A stretch of 64,000 bases of DNA. Origin: Alphaproteobacteria bacterium (lineage in GTDB: Bacteria; Pseudomonadota; Alphaproteobacteria; CACIAM-22H2). The DNA lies in contig DASVCL010000078.1 in assembly GCA_036381615.1 (NCBI GenBank), positions 5,860-69,859 of the forward strand. Reading direction: 5' to 3'. Below are positions 1 through 9,542 of this stretch, one piece after another; position 1 is the stretch's first letter; every line of letters begins with the position of its first letter. Made by a program: the position numbers and the translations under genes. Under the pieces are notes generated by a model, which worked only from the letters and a program-made list of their open reading frames with translations, made no database searches and was not told the origin of the DNA.

Positions 1-962
1 TCGACGCCGAAGCAGCGCTGGTAGTACTCGGCGATGGTCTGGCGCTCGACCTCATCGCACTTGTTGAGGAACGTCACCCGGAACGCGAACGGAATGTCGC
101 CGAAGATGCGGGCGTTGTCGGCCCACGTGATCACGGTTCGCGGCGACATGACCGTGGAGATATCGCCGGCAATGAACCCGGCGCGCGTGAGATCGGCCAG
201 CGCCACCATCGCCGAAACGATCTCGCGCCCCTCCTTGGTGTCGTATTGCGGCACCTTGGCCAGAACGATCTTCACTTCCTCGTCATGCGGCAGATAGTTC
301 AACGTCGCGACGATGTTCCAGCGATCCATCTGCCCCTGGTTGATCTGCTGGGTGCCATGATAGAGGCCGGTCGTGTCGCCAAGGCCGACCGTGTTCGCCG
401 TTGCGAACAGGCGGAATGCCGGGTGCGGCCGGATCACGCGGTTCTGGTCGAGCAGCGTCAGCTTGCCTTCGACCTCGAGCACGCGCTGGATCACGAACAT
501 GACGTCGGCGCGGCCGGCATCGTATTCGTCGAATACCAGTGCACAGGGGTGCTGAAGCGCCCATGGCAGCAGGCCTTCGCGGAATTCGGTCACCTGCACG
601 CCATTCTTCAGGACGATGGCGTCGCGGCCCACCAGGTCGATACGGCTGATGTGGCTGTCCAGGTTGATGCGGATGCACGGCCAGTTCAGCCGCGCCGCGA
701 CCTGCTCGATGTGGGTCGACTTGCCGGTGCCGTGATAGCCCTGGATCAGGACGCGACGGTTGAACGCGAACCCGGCCAGGATCGCGAGCGTCGTGTCGCG
801 GTCGAAGCGGTATGCCTCGTCGATGTCCGGGACGTGCTCGGTCGGCTTGGAGAACGCCGGCACTTCCATGTCGCTGTCGATGCCGAAGGTCTGGCTGACC
901 TTCACCTTGATGTCGGGAACAAGCTTCGCCGTGTCGATTTCTGCAGTGTCGGTAGAGGCCAT
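1..962 (-). CDS. cobS: Aerobic cobaltochelatase subunit CobS (MoxR-type AAA+ ATPase); the last ~10 codons lie beyond the left window edge
   Basis: Absent from the ORF track because it runs off the edge. Own translation from ATG at 960-962: [104 protein letters not shown]... Walker A GTGKS present; typical CobS sequence. Confidence 0.9.
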   Translation of the reverse strand, partial: MASTDTAEIDTAKLVPDIKVKVSQTFGIDSDMEVPAFSKPTEHVPDIDEAYRFDRDTTLAILAGFAFNRRVLIQGYHGTGKSTHIEQVAARLNWPCIRINLDSHISRIDLVGRDAIVLKNGVQVTEFREGLLPWALQHPCALVFDEYDAGRADVMFVIQRVLEVEGKLTLLDQNRVIRPHPAFRLFATANTVGLGDTTGLYHGTQQINQGQMDRWNIVATLNYLPHDEEVKIVLAKVPQYDTKEGREIVSAMVALADLTRAGFIAGDISTVMSPRTVITWADNARIFGDIPFAFRVTFLNKCDEVERQTIAEYYQRCFGV

Positions 963-1026
963 GAATCTGAATCTTTCGGTATTTCGTCGTCGTTGCGGGT
1001 AAACGGATGCCGGAGCGTCCGGATGA

Positions 1027-1638
1027 TCAATCGCGACCGTTGAACTTTGCGTTCTGCGCCTGCGTCTTCAGATATGTATATGCCTGATTGATCAACTTTA
1101 ATCTCTCCTCGGCGGCCTTGTCGCCGCCATTCGCATCCGGGTGGTTGCGCTTCACCAGTTCCTTGTAACGTGCCTTCACTTCCTCGAGTGTCGCGCCTGC
1201 GGGCAGGTTGAGCACGGCCAGCGCTTCTTCCTCCTGCGTGGTGGCGCGGGGCGGCGGACGATGCGACGGTCCGCTGTCGGCGCCGAACATATCCTCGTCG
1301 AAGAAGCGGCGGAACGCCGCCCGCAGTTCGTCCGGATCGATCCGGTAGCCGTTGGCGCGACCCCGCCTCACTCCCATCGGCCAGGTCGGTCGCCAGCCGA
1401 CCGTATCCATACGCCGCGCCGCCTCGATCTCCTCCGGGCTCATGCCCTTGTAGTAGTCCCATGCCGCATTGTAGGCGCGCACGTGGTCGAGGCAGAACCA
1501 GTAGTACTCGGTCAGCGTCTTGCGCGAGCGCGGCGCCCGGTACTCCCCGGCAGCAGTGCAATCCGGGTGGTCGCAGCGGCGCGGCGCGGCTTCCGCCGCG
1601 GCGGCATCGGGGCGGATCCTGGCACGCGCTCGGGACAT
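1027..1638 (-). CDS. J-domain (DnaJ-like) protein with an N-terminal Cys/His motif, the conserved alphaproteobacterial neighbour of cobS
   Basis: C-terminal J domain with an HPD motif ([16 protein letters not shown]). N-terminal CDHPDC...FCLDH motif. Start moved to the ATG at 1636-1638 (MSRARARI); the track start at 1812 overlaps the next gene. Confidence 0.8.
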   Translation of the reverse strand: MSRARARIRPDAAAAEAAPRRCDHPDCTAAGEYRAPRSRKTLTEYYWFCLDHVRAYNAAWDYYKGMSPEEIEAARRMDTVGWRPTWPMGVRRGRANGYRIDPDELRAAFRRFFDEDMFGADSGPSHRPPPRATTQEEEALAVLNLPAGATLEEVKARYKELVKRNHPDANGGDKAAEERLKLINQAYTYLKTQAQNAKFNGRD

Positions 1639-1751
1639 GGCTCGATAAGTATGGGGAACCGGACGGGAACTCGCAAGGTAGCCTAAACGACGGGCAGAAC
1701 TGCGTTTTCCGACGAGCTCAACGGGCTTGTTCGGGCGCCGGCCCACGCGTC

Positions 1752-2624
1752 TCAGCCGCGCAGGTCCGCCTCGGCCGACATCGCCAGGGCCCCATCGGGC
1801 CCGGCCGCCCATAGCCGCGCGGCCCGGCCGTCCGGTGTCGGCGTTCCGTTGACCGAAAACGGCGCCGTATCGAAAAGCGGGCTCACCGCCCGGAAGGCGA
1901 AGCGGTCGAGCTTGGCGGCGGGTTGTTCGCGTCCGAGCAGGTCGAGGAGCAGCGTCGCGATCAGCGGACCGTGCACCACCAGTCCGGGATAGCCCTCGAC
2001 CCTGGTGACATAGGGATGATCGTAGTGGATGCGGTGGCCGTTGAAGGTGAGCGCCGAATAGCGGAACAGCAGGACCGGGTCTGGACGGATTTCGCGGCGC
2101 CAGACGGGATCGGCAGGTGCACGCGCCGGCTTTGCCGTTTCGGCGCCTGGCACCGGCGGCTCACGATAGACGATGTCGTGCTCCTCTTCGATCGCGAGCC
2201 CGGCCGCGCCGAAAATGCGATGCCGCACCAGGACGAAGACGAGATTGCCGCTGCGGCCGCGCTTCGCTTCGACTTTCGCGACCGTCGACTCGCGCCGCGC
2301 ACTCTCGCCGATCCGCAGACCGGCGCCGAACGTGAGTCGGCCGCCGGCCCACATCCGGCGCGGCAATGGCACCGGCGGCAGGAAGCCGCCGCGCTTCGGA
2401 TGCCCGTCGGGTCCCAGTTCGCTCTGCCGTGCGGCACTGTTGAAGAACATCCAATGCCAACCCGGCGGCAGGGGATCACCGTTGCCCGGTGCGCGTGCCC
2501 AGTCCAGCGTCGCCGCCATCGCGACCGCACGGTCGGGGGCGATGACATCCTCGACGGTCTGCGTCCGTCCTTCCCAGGTCTTCAGATGGGCGATATCGGC
2601 ATCCGTAAGTGCGACGGCGGACAT
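1752..2624 (-). CDS. MaoC-family (hot-dog fold) enoyl-CoA hydratase, mesaconyl-C4-CoA / itaconyl-CoA hydratase-like
   Basis: 291-aa ORF with ...FRYSALTFNGHRIHYDHPYVTRVEGYPGLVVHGPL..., the typical double hot-dog hydratase pattern. The ATG at 2622-2624 lies 4 nt after GAGGG; the track start is a GTG at 2627. Confidence 0.75.
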   Translation of the reverse strand: MSAVALTDADIAHLKTWEGRTQTVEDVIAPDRAVAMAATLDWARAPGNGDPLPPGWHWMFFNSAARQSELGPDGHPKRGGFLPPVPLPRRMWAGGRLTFGAGLRIGESARRESTVAKVEAKRGRSGNLVFVLVRHRIFGAAGLAIEEEHDIVYREPPVPGAETAKPARAPADPVWRREIRPDPVLLFRYSALTFNGHRIHYDHPYVTRVEGYPGLVVHGPLIATLLLDLLGREQPAAKLDRFAFRAVSPLFDTAPFSVNGTPTPDGRAARLWAAGPDGALAMSAEADLRG

Positions 2625-2718
2625 CACGCCCTCGAGCCACGAAACAAGATTCGCCTCTCCCCCGCTTCACCGATGGTGAGGAAGAATAGAGTTGATGTTG
2701 ATGACGTATGCATCCGCA

Positions 2719-3873
2719 TCATGCCGATTTTACGTCGCCGACCTCCGTCGCTGGCGCGAATTCGCGCCGGATCGCGTCCGAATGCTCGCCCAAGGCCGGG
2801 ACGGGACCTAGCCGTGGCGAATCACCGACGATCTGGGCCGGCGGCGCGGGCAGCGATACCCTGCCTTGAGGGGTCTCGATCTCCATGCGGCGAAGCTGCG
2901 GGTGCTGCGAGAACTGCGCGACCGTGTTCACCCGCCCGAAGGCGATCTGTGCGGCCTTGAGCCGTACGGTCAGATCGTCCGCCGACTGCGTGCCGAACAC
3001 GGCGGCGATCCGTGCGTCGAGATCGGGCCGGTTCTTCACCCGCGTGACGTTGTCCTTGAACAGCGGATGGCTCGCAAGCGCCGCGTCGCCGAGCACGTCG
3101 GCGCAAAAGCGCTGCCACTCGCGCTCATTCTGGATCGAGATCAGGATGAGCTGCCCGTCTTTCGCCGCGTAGGCGCCATAAGGAGCGATCGAGGGATGGT
3201 TGAGGCCGACCCGCGCCGGCGCCCCGGAACCGTAGTCGTGATGCAGCAGCGGCACGGTCATCCACTCCGCCATGCCGTCGAAGAGCGAGACCTTGATCGC
3301 GCTCCCCTCGCCCGTCTTGCCGCGGCGGATCAGCGCCTCGAGCACGGCCTGGTACGCATACATGCCGGCGGCGATGTCGCACACCGACACGCCGACGCGC
3401 CCCGGCCCCTCGGGCCGGCCCGTCACCATGCACAACCCGGTCTCGGCCTGTACCAGCAGGTCGTAGGACTTCATGTCTGCGTACGGACCCATCTCGCCAT
3501 AGCCGCTGATGTCGACGGTAATCAGGCGCGGGTGGCGCCGGCGCAGCGCGTCCGACCCGAAGCCGGCGCGCGCCGCCGCCCCGGGCATCAGGTTCTGGAT
3601 GAAGACGTCGGCCTTCGCGACGATTCGCCGGAGCAATGCGTTGTCGTCCGGGTTCTTGATGTCGAGGACCAGCGACTCCTTGCCGCGGTTGAGCCAGACG
3701 AAATAGCTCGATTGCCCCTTCGCCGCCTTGTCGTAGCCGCGCGCGAAGTCGCCTTCGGGTCGCTCGATCTTGATCACGCGCGCGCCCGCATCGGCGAGCC
3801 GCGACGAGCAATAGGGGGCGGCCACCGCCTGCTCCAGCGCGACGACGAGAAGACCGTCAAGAACACCAGCCAT
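2719..3873 (-). CDS. Family III (CaiB/BaiF) acyl-CoA transferase
   Basis: MAGVLDGLLVVALEQAVAAPYCSSRLADAGARVIKIERPEGDFARGYD is a canonical family III N-terminus. The start at 3873 sits 2 nt from the upstream gene's stop at 3875. Confidence 0.88.
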   Translation of the reverse strand: MAGVLDGLLVVALEQAVAAPYCSSRLADAGARVIKIERPEGDFARGYDKAAKGQSSYFVWLNRGKESLVLDIKNPDDNALLRRIVAKADVFIQNLMPGAAARAGFGSDALRRRHPRLITVDISGYGEMGPYADMKSYDLLVQAETGLCMVTGRPEGPGRVGVSVCDIAAGMYAYQAVLEALIRRGKTGEGSAIKVSLFDGMAEWMTVPLLHHDYGSGAPARVGLNHPSIAPYGAYAAKDGQLILISIQNEREWQRFCADVLGDAALASHPLFKDNVTRVKNRPDLDARIAAVFGTQSADDLTVRLKAAQIAFGRVNTVAQFSQHPQLRRMEIETPQGRVSLPAPPAQIVGDSPRLGPVPALGEHSDAIRREFAPATEVGDVKSA

Positions 3874-3874
3874 C

Positions 3875-5032
3875 TCAGTAGGACCGCGGCAGGCCGAGCA
3901 CGTGCTCGGCAAGATAAGAGAGGATCAGATTGGTCGAAATCGGCGCGATCTGATAGAGCCGCGTCTCGCGGAACTTGCGCTCGACATCGTATTCCTCGGC
4001 GAAGCCGAAACCGCCATGCGTCTGCAGGCACATGTCGGCCGCCTGCCATGATGCGTCCGCCGCCAGCATCTTCGCCATGTTCGCCTGCGGCCCGCACGGC
4101 TTGCCGGCGTCGAACAGGGCCGCCGCCTCGCGCACCATCAGGGCGGCGGCCTCGGTCGCCGCGAAGGCGCGTGCGATCGGGAACTGCACGCCCTGGTTCT
4201 GGCCGATCGGCCGGCCGAACACCACGCGGCTCCTGGCATAGTCGCTCGCCTTGGCGATGAACCAGCGCGCATCGCCGATGCACTCGGCGGCGATCAGGAT
4301 GCGTTCCGCGTTCATGCCGTCGAGGATATAGCGGAAGCCTTTGCCCTCTTCGCCGAGCAGATGATCGGCCGGGACCTCGAGGTTGTCGAAGAACACCTCG
4401 GTCGTCGCATGATTGATCATCGTGCGGATCGGCTGGATGGACAGCCCGCGCTTCAGCCCCTCGCGCATGTCGACGACGAAGACCGAGAGGCCGTCGGTAC
4501 GCCGCGCCACCTTGTCGCGCGGGGTCGTCCGCGCGAGCAGCAGCATCAGATCGGAATGCTCGGCGCGGCTCGTCCACACCTTCTGGCCGTTGATGACATA
4601 CGTGTCGCCCCGGCGCACGGCAGTGGTGCGAATCGCCGTGGTGTCCGTACCGGCCGTCGGCTCGGTCACGCCGAACGCCTGGAGCCGCAACTCGCCCGTG
4701 GCGATCTTCGGCAGCCAGCGCGATTTCTGTTCGGCGCTGCCGTGCTTCAGGATCGTGCCCATCGTGTACATCTGGGCATGGCACGCGGCGCCGTTGCCGC
4801 CGCTCTTGTGGATCTCCTCGAGGATCGCGGCTGCGGCGGCGATGCCGAGGCCGCTGCCGCCATACTCCTCGGGGATGAGGACGGCGAGCATGCCCGCCTC
4901 GGTCAGCGCCTTCACGAACTCGGTCGGATACCGCCGCTCGCGATCGAGTTCGCGCCAGTAGCTGCCCGGAAAACGCGCGCACAGTGCGCGCACCGAATTG
5001 CGGATGTCTTCTAAACCGTCGGCCGCAGTCAT
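3875..5032 (-). CDS. Acyl-CoA dehydrogenase (385 aa)
   Basis: ACAD fold: EYGGSGLG, FGVTEPTAGTD, YVINGQKVWTS. ATG verified at 5030-5032 (MTAADGLEDIRNSV). Glu sits at the IVD-type base position (MNAERIL), not at the MCAD position (YQIAPIS). Confidence 0.88.
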   Translation of the reverse strand: MTAADGLEDIRNSVRALCARFPGSYWRELDRERRYPTEFVKALTEAGMLAVLIPEEYGGSGLGIAAAAAILEEIHKSGGNGAACHAQMYTMGTILKHGSAEQKSRWLPKIATGELRLQAFGVTEPTAGTDTTAIRTTAVRRGDTYVINGQKVWTSRAEHSDLMLLLARTTPRDKVARRTDGLSVFVVDMREGLKRGLSIQPIRTMINHATTEVFFDNLEVPADHLLGEEGKGFRYILDGMNAERILIAAECIGDARWFIAKASDYARSRVVFGRPIGQNQGVQFPIARAFAATEAAALMVREAAALFDAGKPCGPQANMAKMLAADASWQAADMCLQTHGGFGFAEEYDVERKFRETRLYQIAPISTNLILSYLAEHVLGLPRSY

Positions 5033-5108
5033 TCCGCCTTCTCTCCCCCGACGCGCAACATATAAAGGATAGCCGATCGCGGCAAATGCGGCGTGTGCGG
5101 CCGGATGG

Positions 5109-6110
5109 TCAGCCGGCCGCGCGTCGCTGGAGATCGGCCAGGAGGTCCGCCGGCACCTCGATTCCGTCGGTCTCCGCCTTTGCCCTGAGCCGCAGGCGGC
5201 GGTCGCCGGGAAGGCGCGTCCCCGGCTGCGCCAGGATGGCGTCCGCCAGCACGCCGACGCGCGCGGCGAAACCGGGGCCGGCGAAGCGCGCCGGGTCGAT
5301 GACAAGGAAGAACTGACCGACGCGCGGCGGCGGCCCCTTCGCGTCGAAAAACGAACTCGCCTCGTAGCCGAACCGGGCGCCGGTCAGCGCGGCCGCCAGG
5401 ATCTCGACCATCAGGACCAGCGCCGCGCCCTTGGCGTCGCCCATCGGCAGCATGGTGCCGCCGAGTGCCGCCTTGGCGTCGCGCGTCGGCCGTCCCTCGG
5501 CATCGAGCGCCCAGCCCTCGGGGATCGGCTCACCCTTCTGCGCCGCAACCATGATCTTGCCGCGCGCAACCTTGCTGAGGCTGAGGTCGATCACGAGCGG
5601 CGGGGCGCCTTCGAGCGGACAGGCGAAAGCGATCGGGTTCGTGCCGAACAGCCCGCGCACGCCGCCCCAGGGCGCGATCGCCGCCGGCGAATTGCCGAAG
5701 GCAAGCGCGACGAGACCACGCGCGGCGAGCGGCTCGACGTGAAAGCCGGCCGCGCCGAAATGATGCGAGTTGGTGATGCCGACCCCGACGACGCCGGCGC
5801 GGCCGACGAGCTTCGCGGCCCGCGCCAGCCCCTGCGCGATCGCCGGATACGCGAACCCGTCGCGCGCATCGACCATCACCGCCCCGGGCGCGGTCTCGGT
5901 AACGAGGGGAACGGCCTTGCCGTCCACCTTTCCCGCCCGCGCCTGATCCGCATAGGCCGGCAGACGCGACAGGCCATGGCTCGCGAGACCGTCGGCCTCG
6001 GCCGCCACCAGCGCCTCCGCGACGGCGTCGGCATTCCGCTGCGAGACTCCGGCTGCGACCAGAACCCGAGCGGCGAGATCGTGCGCGTCGGCGAGCGTGA
6101 GTTTCGTCAT
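5109..6110 (-). CDS. Ldh_2 family malate/L-lactate/(R)-sulfolactate-type NAD(P)H dehydrogenase (ComC family)
   Basis: 333 aa with GLASHGLSRLPAY, ITNSHHFGAAG and GTNPIAFA motifs of the Ldh_2 family. Its ATG overlaps the upstream gene's stop (ATGA at 6107-6110). Confidence 0.85.
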   Translation of the reverse strand: MTKLTLADAHDLAARVLVAAGVSQRNADAVAEALVAAEADGLASHGLSRLPAYADQARAGKVDGKAVPLVTETAPGAVMVDARDGFAYPAIAQGLARAAKLVGRAGVVGVGITNSHHFGAAGFHVEPLAARGLVALAFGNSPAAIAPWGGVRGLFGTNPIAFACPLEGAPPLVIDLSLSKVARGKIMVAAQKGEPIPEGWALDAEGRPTRDAKAALGGTMLPMGDAKGAALVLMVEILAAALTGARFGYEASSFFDAKGPPPRVGQFFLVIDPARFAGPGFAARVGVLADAILAQPGTRLPGDRRLRLRAKAETDGIEVPADLLADLQRRAAG

Positions 6111-7039
6111 GCCAGGGCCTTCAGCGCGCGGCGCACGCTGACGATGGTCGCCGACGAGACGCGGAAATTGGACTCTTGCGTCACGCCGGCGATGTGCGGC
6201 GTCAGCAACAGATTGGGCACGCCCTCGAGGATCGAACCGGCCGGCAGCGGCTCTCTGGCGTACACGTCGAGGGCGGCGCCGCCGATCCTGCCCGCCTTCA
6301 ACGCCGCGACGAGCGCCGCCTCGTCGATGATGCCGCCGCGCGCCGAGTTGATCAGGAACGCATTGGGCCGCATGCGGGCGAGCGCCTTGGCGTCGATCAG
6401 GTTGTGCGTCTCGGGCATGTAGGGCACGTGGATGCTGATGATGTCCGAGCTCGAGAGCAGCGTATCGAGGTCGACGCGCGCGACGCCATACTGCGCCCAG
6501 GCCGGATCGTCCGCCGTGACGAACGGGTCGTAGGCCGCAAGCTCGAGCTCGAGCGCACGGGCGCGCTGCGCCACCGCGCGCGCGATGGCACCGAAACCGA
6601 CGAGGCCCAGCCGCTTGCCGGCAACCTCATGGAACATCAGGTCGTTGCGCGGCCATTTGCCGGCCAGCACGTCGGCATTGGCCTGCCAGACGTTGCGCAA
6701 GCCCACCAGCATCGCCGCGATCACGTATTCGGCGACCGACACCGTGTTCGCGCCGGTTGCCGGGAACACCTGGATGCCGCGCGCGGCGCAGGTGTTCATG
6801 TCGATGTTGTCGAGGCCGACGCCGAGCCGGCCGATGATCTTCAGGCGCCTGCACCCGTCGAGCACGGCGCCGCGTACCTGCGTGCGGTTGCGGACGATGA
6901 GGGCCGGCGCGTCGGCGGCGAGATGGACGATCTCGTCGGGCCGATCAACCAGCGTGGGATCGTAGTGAACCTTGAAGTCGCGCTTCAGGTCATCGACCGC
7001 CCATTGGTCGATGAACTCCGTGATCACGATGTCGTACAT
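6107..7039 (-). CDS. D-isomer-specific 2-hydroxyacid dehydrogenase (PGDH/GyaR-like)
   Basis: 310 aa. NAD-binding motif LGLVGFGAIARAVA and catalytic region NSARGGIIDEAAL...TPHIAG. ATG at 7037-7039. Confidence 0.88.
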   Translation of the reverse strand: MYDIVITEFIDQWAVDDLKRDFKVHYDPTLVDRPDEIVHLAADAPALIVRNRTQVRGAVLDGCRRLKIIGRLGVGLDNIDMNTCAARGIQVFPATGANTVSVAEYVIAAMLVGLRNVWQANADVLAGKWPRNDLMFHEVAGKRLGLVGFGAIARAVAQRARALELELAAYDPFVTADDPAWAQYGVARVDLDTLLSSSDIISIHVPYMPETHNLIDAKALARMRPNAFLINSARGGIIDEAALVAALKAGRIGGAALDVYAREPLPAGSILEGVPNLLLTPHIAGVTQESNFRVSSATIVSVRRALKALA

Positions 7040-7042
7040 GGA

Positions 7043-8764
7043 TTACTCGGCAGCGGTTCGTATGAGTGTTTCGCCGGGCCGGACGCGGGTGAACGCGACC
7101 GGCTCGGTCGTGACGACGATGCGGCCCTGGTCGAGCCGCACGCAAGTATAGCGCGAATTCTCCAGGTTGCTGGTCTCGGGAAAATCGGCCCGGAAATGCG
7201 CGCCGCGCGAGTCCTCGCGGGTAGCCGCCGCGGCGACGATGGCCCGGCTCACCAGCACGAGGTTCTTGAGATTGAGCCAGTCGTGCCAGGTCAGGTTGAA
7301 GGCGCGGTTGCGGCCATCGACACCGATCCGGTCGAGGTCCGCATCGAGGGTTTCGAGGCTCTCGGCGGCGCGCGCCAGGCTTGCCGCGTCGCGGACGATC
7401 CCGGCGTCCTCCCACATCAGCGCGTACAGCCGTTCGCGCACCGCCTCGATGTCGCCGGGCGGCCGCGTCAAGGGCGCGCTTGCCCGCGTTATCGCTGCCG
7501 TGATCGCCGCCTCGTCTGGCGCGCGCCACTCGCCTGCCGACGGCGTCCATGCCGCCATGGCGTCACCGGCGATGCCGCCGAACACGGTCGAATTGGCGAC
7601 GCCGTTGCCGCCCAGCCGGTTCGCGCCGTGCACGCCGCCCGTATCCTCGCCGGCCGCGAACAGCCCGGTGAGTTCGGTCGTGCAGTCGGTCCTGAACTTG
7701 ACGCCGCCCATCATGTAGTGCGCCGTCGGTACGACCTCGACGCGGCCGCCGGCGAGATCGAAGCCGCAATCGGCGCAGCGTTCGACCATGCCCTTGAACT
7801 GCTTGCGAACCTTGTCGGGTCCGAGATGACTCATCTGGAGGTACACGCCGCCCAGCGGCGTGGCGCCGCCCTTGCGGATCACGTCGAAGATGGCGCGGCT
7901 GACGATGTCGCGCGTCGCCCGCTCGCCGCGCGGGTCGTAGCGCTCCATGAAACGCTCGCCGTTCGCATCCAGCAGGTAGCCGCCGGCGCCGCGCAGGCCC
8001 TCCTCCAGCACCGTCCCGGTCATGCGCGTATCCGGCCCCGCCAGCAGGCCGGTCGGGTGGAACTGCACCATCTCCATGTCGCGGAGCGTGAGGCCGGCCC
8101 GCAGCGCCATGGCCATGCCGTCGCACGACTTGTCGCCAGACGGCGTGTGATACCGGTACATGGTCGGCCCGCCGCCGGTCGCGAGCAGCACGGCGCGCGC
8201 TTGGACGAACACGAATTCGCCCAACCGCATGTCGATGAACAGCACGCCGGCGATGGCGTCGCCTTGCGCCGTCTTGATCAGCTCGATCGCCCGATGCTCT
8301 TCCAGCCTGTCGATGCGGCGGGCCCATACCTGTTCGGCCAGCCGGTTGATGATCTCGATGCCGGTCAGGTCGCCCTTGTGGACGGTGCGGTCGAAGGTCT
8401 GGCCGGCGAAGGCCTTCTGGTGGATGGTGCCGTCGGGATTGCGGTCGAAGAAGCAGCCGAGTTCGTTCTCCAGCTCGCGGATGCGTACCGGGGCGACCGT
8501 GACCAGCATCCAGGCGAGGTCCTGGTCGTTGAGCCACTTGCCGCCCTCGATCGTGTCCATGAAATGGCGTTCGACCGAATCCCCCGGCGCCAGTGCAACG
8601 TTGTAGCCGCCCTGGACCATGCGCGTGCAGCCGCATTTGCCCAGGAGCCCCTTGACCGCGACCGTGATCTTGAGCTGCGGCGCGGCCTTGTGCGCATGCA
8701 GCGCCGCGAACAGTCCCGCCCCGCCGGCGCCCAGGATCAGAATGTCGGTCTGCAGTCGCTTCAT
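7043..8764 (-). CDS. Succinate dehydrogenase/fumarate reductase-type FAD flavoprotein (SdhA/FrdA/NadB superfamily), atypical
   Basis: DILILGAGGAGL dinucleotide fold, QFHPTG, ERATRD, PTAHYMMGG, HGANRLGGN. The covalent-FAD His position reads Cys (GKCGCTRMVQGG). Start is ambiguous: ATG at 8764 (MKRLQTD) preferred, ATG at 8779 or GTG at 8806 possible. Confidence 0.85.
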   Translation of the reverse strand: MKRLQTDILILGAGGAGLFAALHAHKAAPQLKITVAVKGLLGKCGCTRMVQGGYNVALAPGDSVERHFMDTIEGGKWLNDQDLAWMLVTVAPVRIRELENELGCFFDRNPDGTIHQKAFAGQTFDRTVHKGDLTGIEIINRLAEQVWARRIDRLEEHRAIELIKTAQGDAIAGVLFIDMRLGEFVFVQARAVLLATGGGPTMYRYHTPSGDKSCDGMAMALRAGLTLRDMEMVQFHPTGLLAGPDTRMTGTVLEEGLRGAGGYLLDANGERFMERYDPRGERATRDIVSRAIFDVIRKGGATPLGGVYLQMSHLGPDKVRKQFKGMVERCADCGFDLAGGRVEVVPTAHYMMGGVKFRTDCTTELTGLFAAGEDTGGVHGANRLGGNGVANSTVFGGIAGDAMAAWTPSAGEWRAPDEAAITAAITRASAPLTRPPGDIEAVRERLYALMWEDAGIVRDAASLARAAESLETLDADLDRIGVDGRNRAFNLTWHDWLNLKNLVLVSRAIVAAAATREDSRGAHFRADFPETSNLENSRYTCVRLDQGRIVVTTEPVAFTRVRPGETLIRTAAE

Positions 8765-8929
8765 CGCGGTTTGAATCATCAGGGGCAGCGAGAATGAACG
8801 GGCCACGGCGTCATGAAGGCACGAAAGAAGGTGAATGCCGCATGACGCGCGCCGGAATTCATCCTCGTGCCTTCGGGTCTTCGTGGGTCAAGACATCTTC
8901 CTTCCTGCCCTGGCGGTTTCCTCATTTCC

Positions 8930-9541
8930 TTAGGTTTTCACGCCCATGGCGGCGAGGGCCCTGGCGCGGCGGGCCTCGGCGGTCGTCCTGACCTGGTCGT
9001 AGAGCGAGCCGCCATGGCTGTCCATCGCGACCAGCAGAGGACCGAAACCCTTCACCCTGAACTTCCACAGGCTCTCGGGATTGAGGTCGTCGAGATCGAC
9101 GTCCTCGATCGCCTCGATCCAGGTCGTCTCGAGCGCGGCGGTGCCGCCGATGATGGCGAGATAGGCGCCGCCCAGTTCGGCGAACGCCCGGGCCGAGTCG
9201 GCGCCGAGTCCGCCCTTGCCGATGATAAGGCGCACGCCGTACTGCGCCATCAGCGGCCGCGAGAAGCGCTCCATGCGCGCCGAGGTCGTCGTGCCGATGC
9301 AGACAGGTGCATAGCCCGCCGGGTGATGCGGCGATCGCTCGACCTTGCGCACGTTGGGCGCCGTGTGGATGACGGCATGACCGTTCAGGTCGAAGCGCGT
9401 CCTCCGCCCGCGGTCGAACATGTGGATCTGCGTCGCATCGCGGATACCGTAGAGCGTACCGTTCAGCGTCACGGTGTCGCCAACACGAAGCTGTCGTGTC
9501 TGCGCCTCCGTGACCGGCATGTTGAGGTCGTAATGTGTCAT
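8930..9541 (-). CDS. Fe-S hydro-lyase beta subunit (class I fumarase C-terminal / TtdB family)
   Basis: 203 aa with IIGKGGLG and LAIIGGTAAL motifs. ATG at 9539-9541, 1 nt after the alpha-subunit stop. Confidence 0.85.
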   Translation of the reverse strand: MTHYDLNMPVTEAQTRQLRVGDTVTLNGTLYGIRDATQIHMFDRGRRTRFDLNGHAVIHTAPNVRKVERSPHHPAGYAPVCIGTTTSARMERFSRPLMAQYGVRLIIGKGGLGADSARAFAELGGAYLAIIGGTAALETTWIEAIEDVDLDDLNPESLWKFRVKGFGPLLVAMDSHGGSLYDQVRTTAEARRARALAAMGVKT

Positions 9542-9542
9542 G

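Noticed and set aside
963-1026. Possible cobalamin riboswitch upstream of cobS.
   Set aside because: The spacer to the upstream J-domain gene is only 64 nt, far too short for a B12 element, and no B12-box-like sequence was seen.
3875-5032. The idea that the ACAD is a 3-sulfinopropionyl-CoA desulfinase-type enzyme, because the MCAD-type catalytic Glu position reads IAPIS.
   Set aside because: A Glu is present at the alternative IVD/LCAD-type base position (MNAERIL), so loss of dehydrogenase chemistry cannot be inferred. I kept the call as a generic acyl-CoA dehydrogenase.
6176-8797. Very long plus-strand ORF (873 aa). Similar giants are 14469..16850 (+), 17962..20199 (+), 54072..56363 (+), 44256..46112 (-), 28428..30140 (-) and 55354..55893 (-).
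   Set aside because: They lie antisense to genes with unmistakable family motifs. Their translations are Arg/Ala/Gly/Asp-rich low-complexity strings with no recognisable domains, the usual shadow ORFs of GC-rich DNA.
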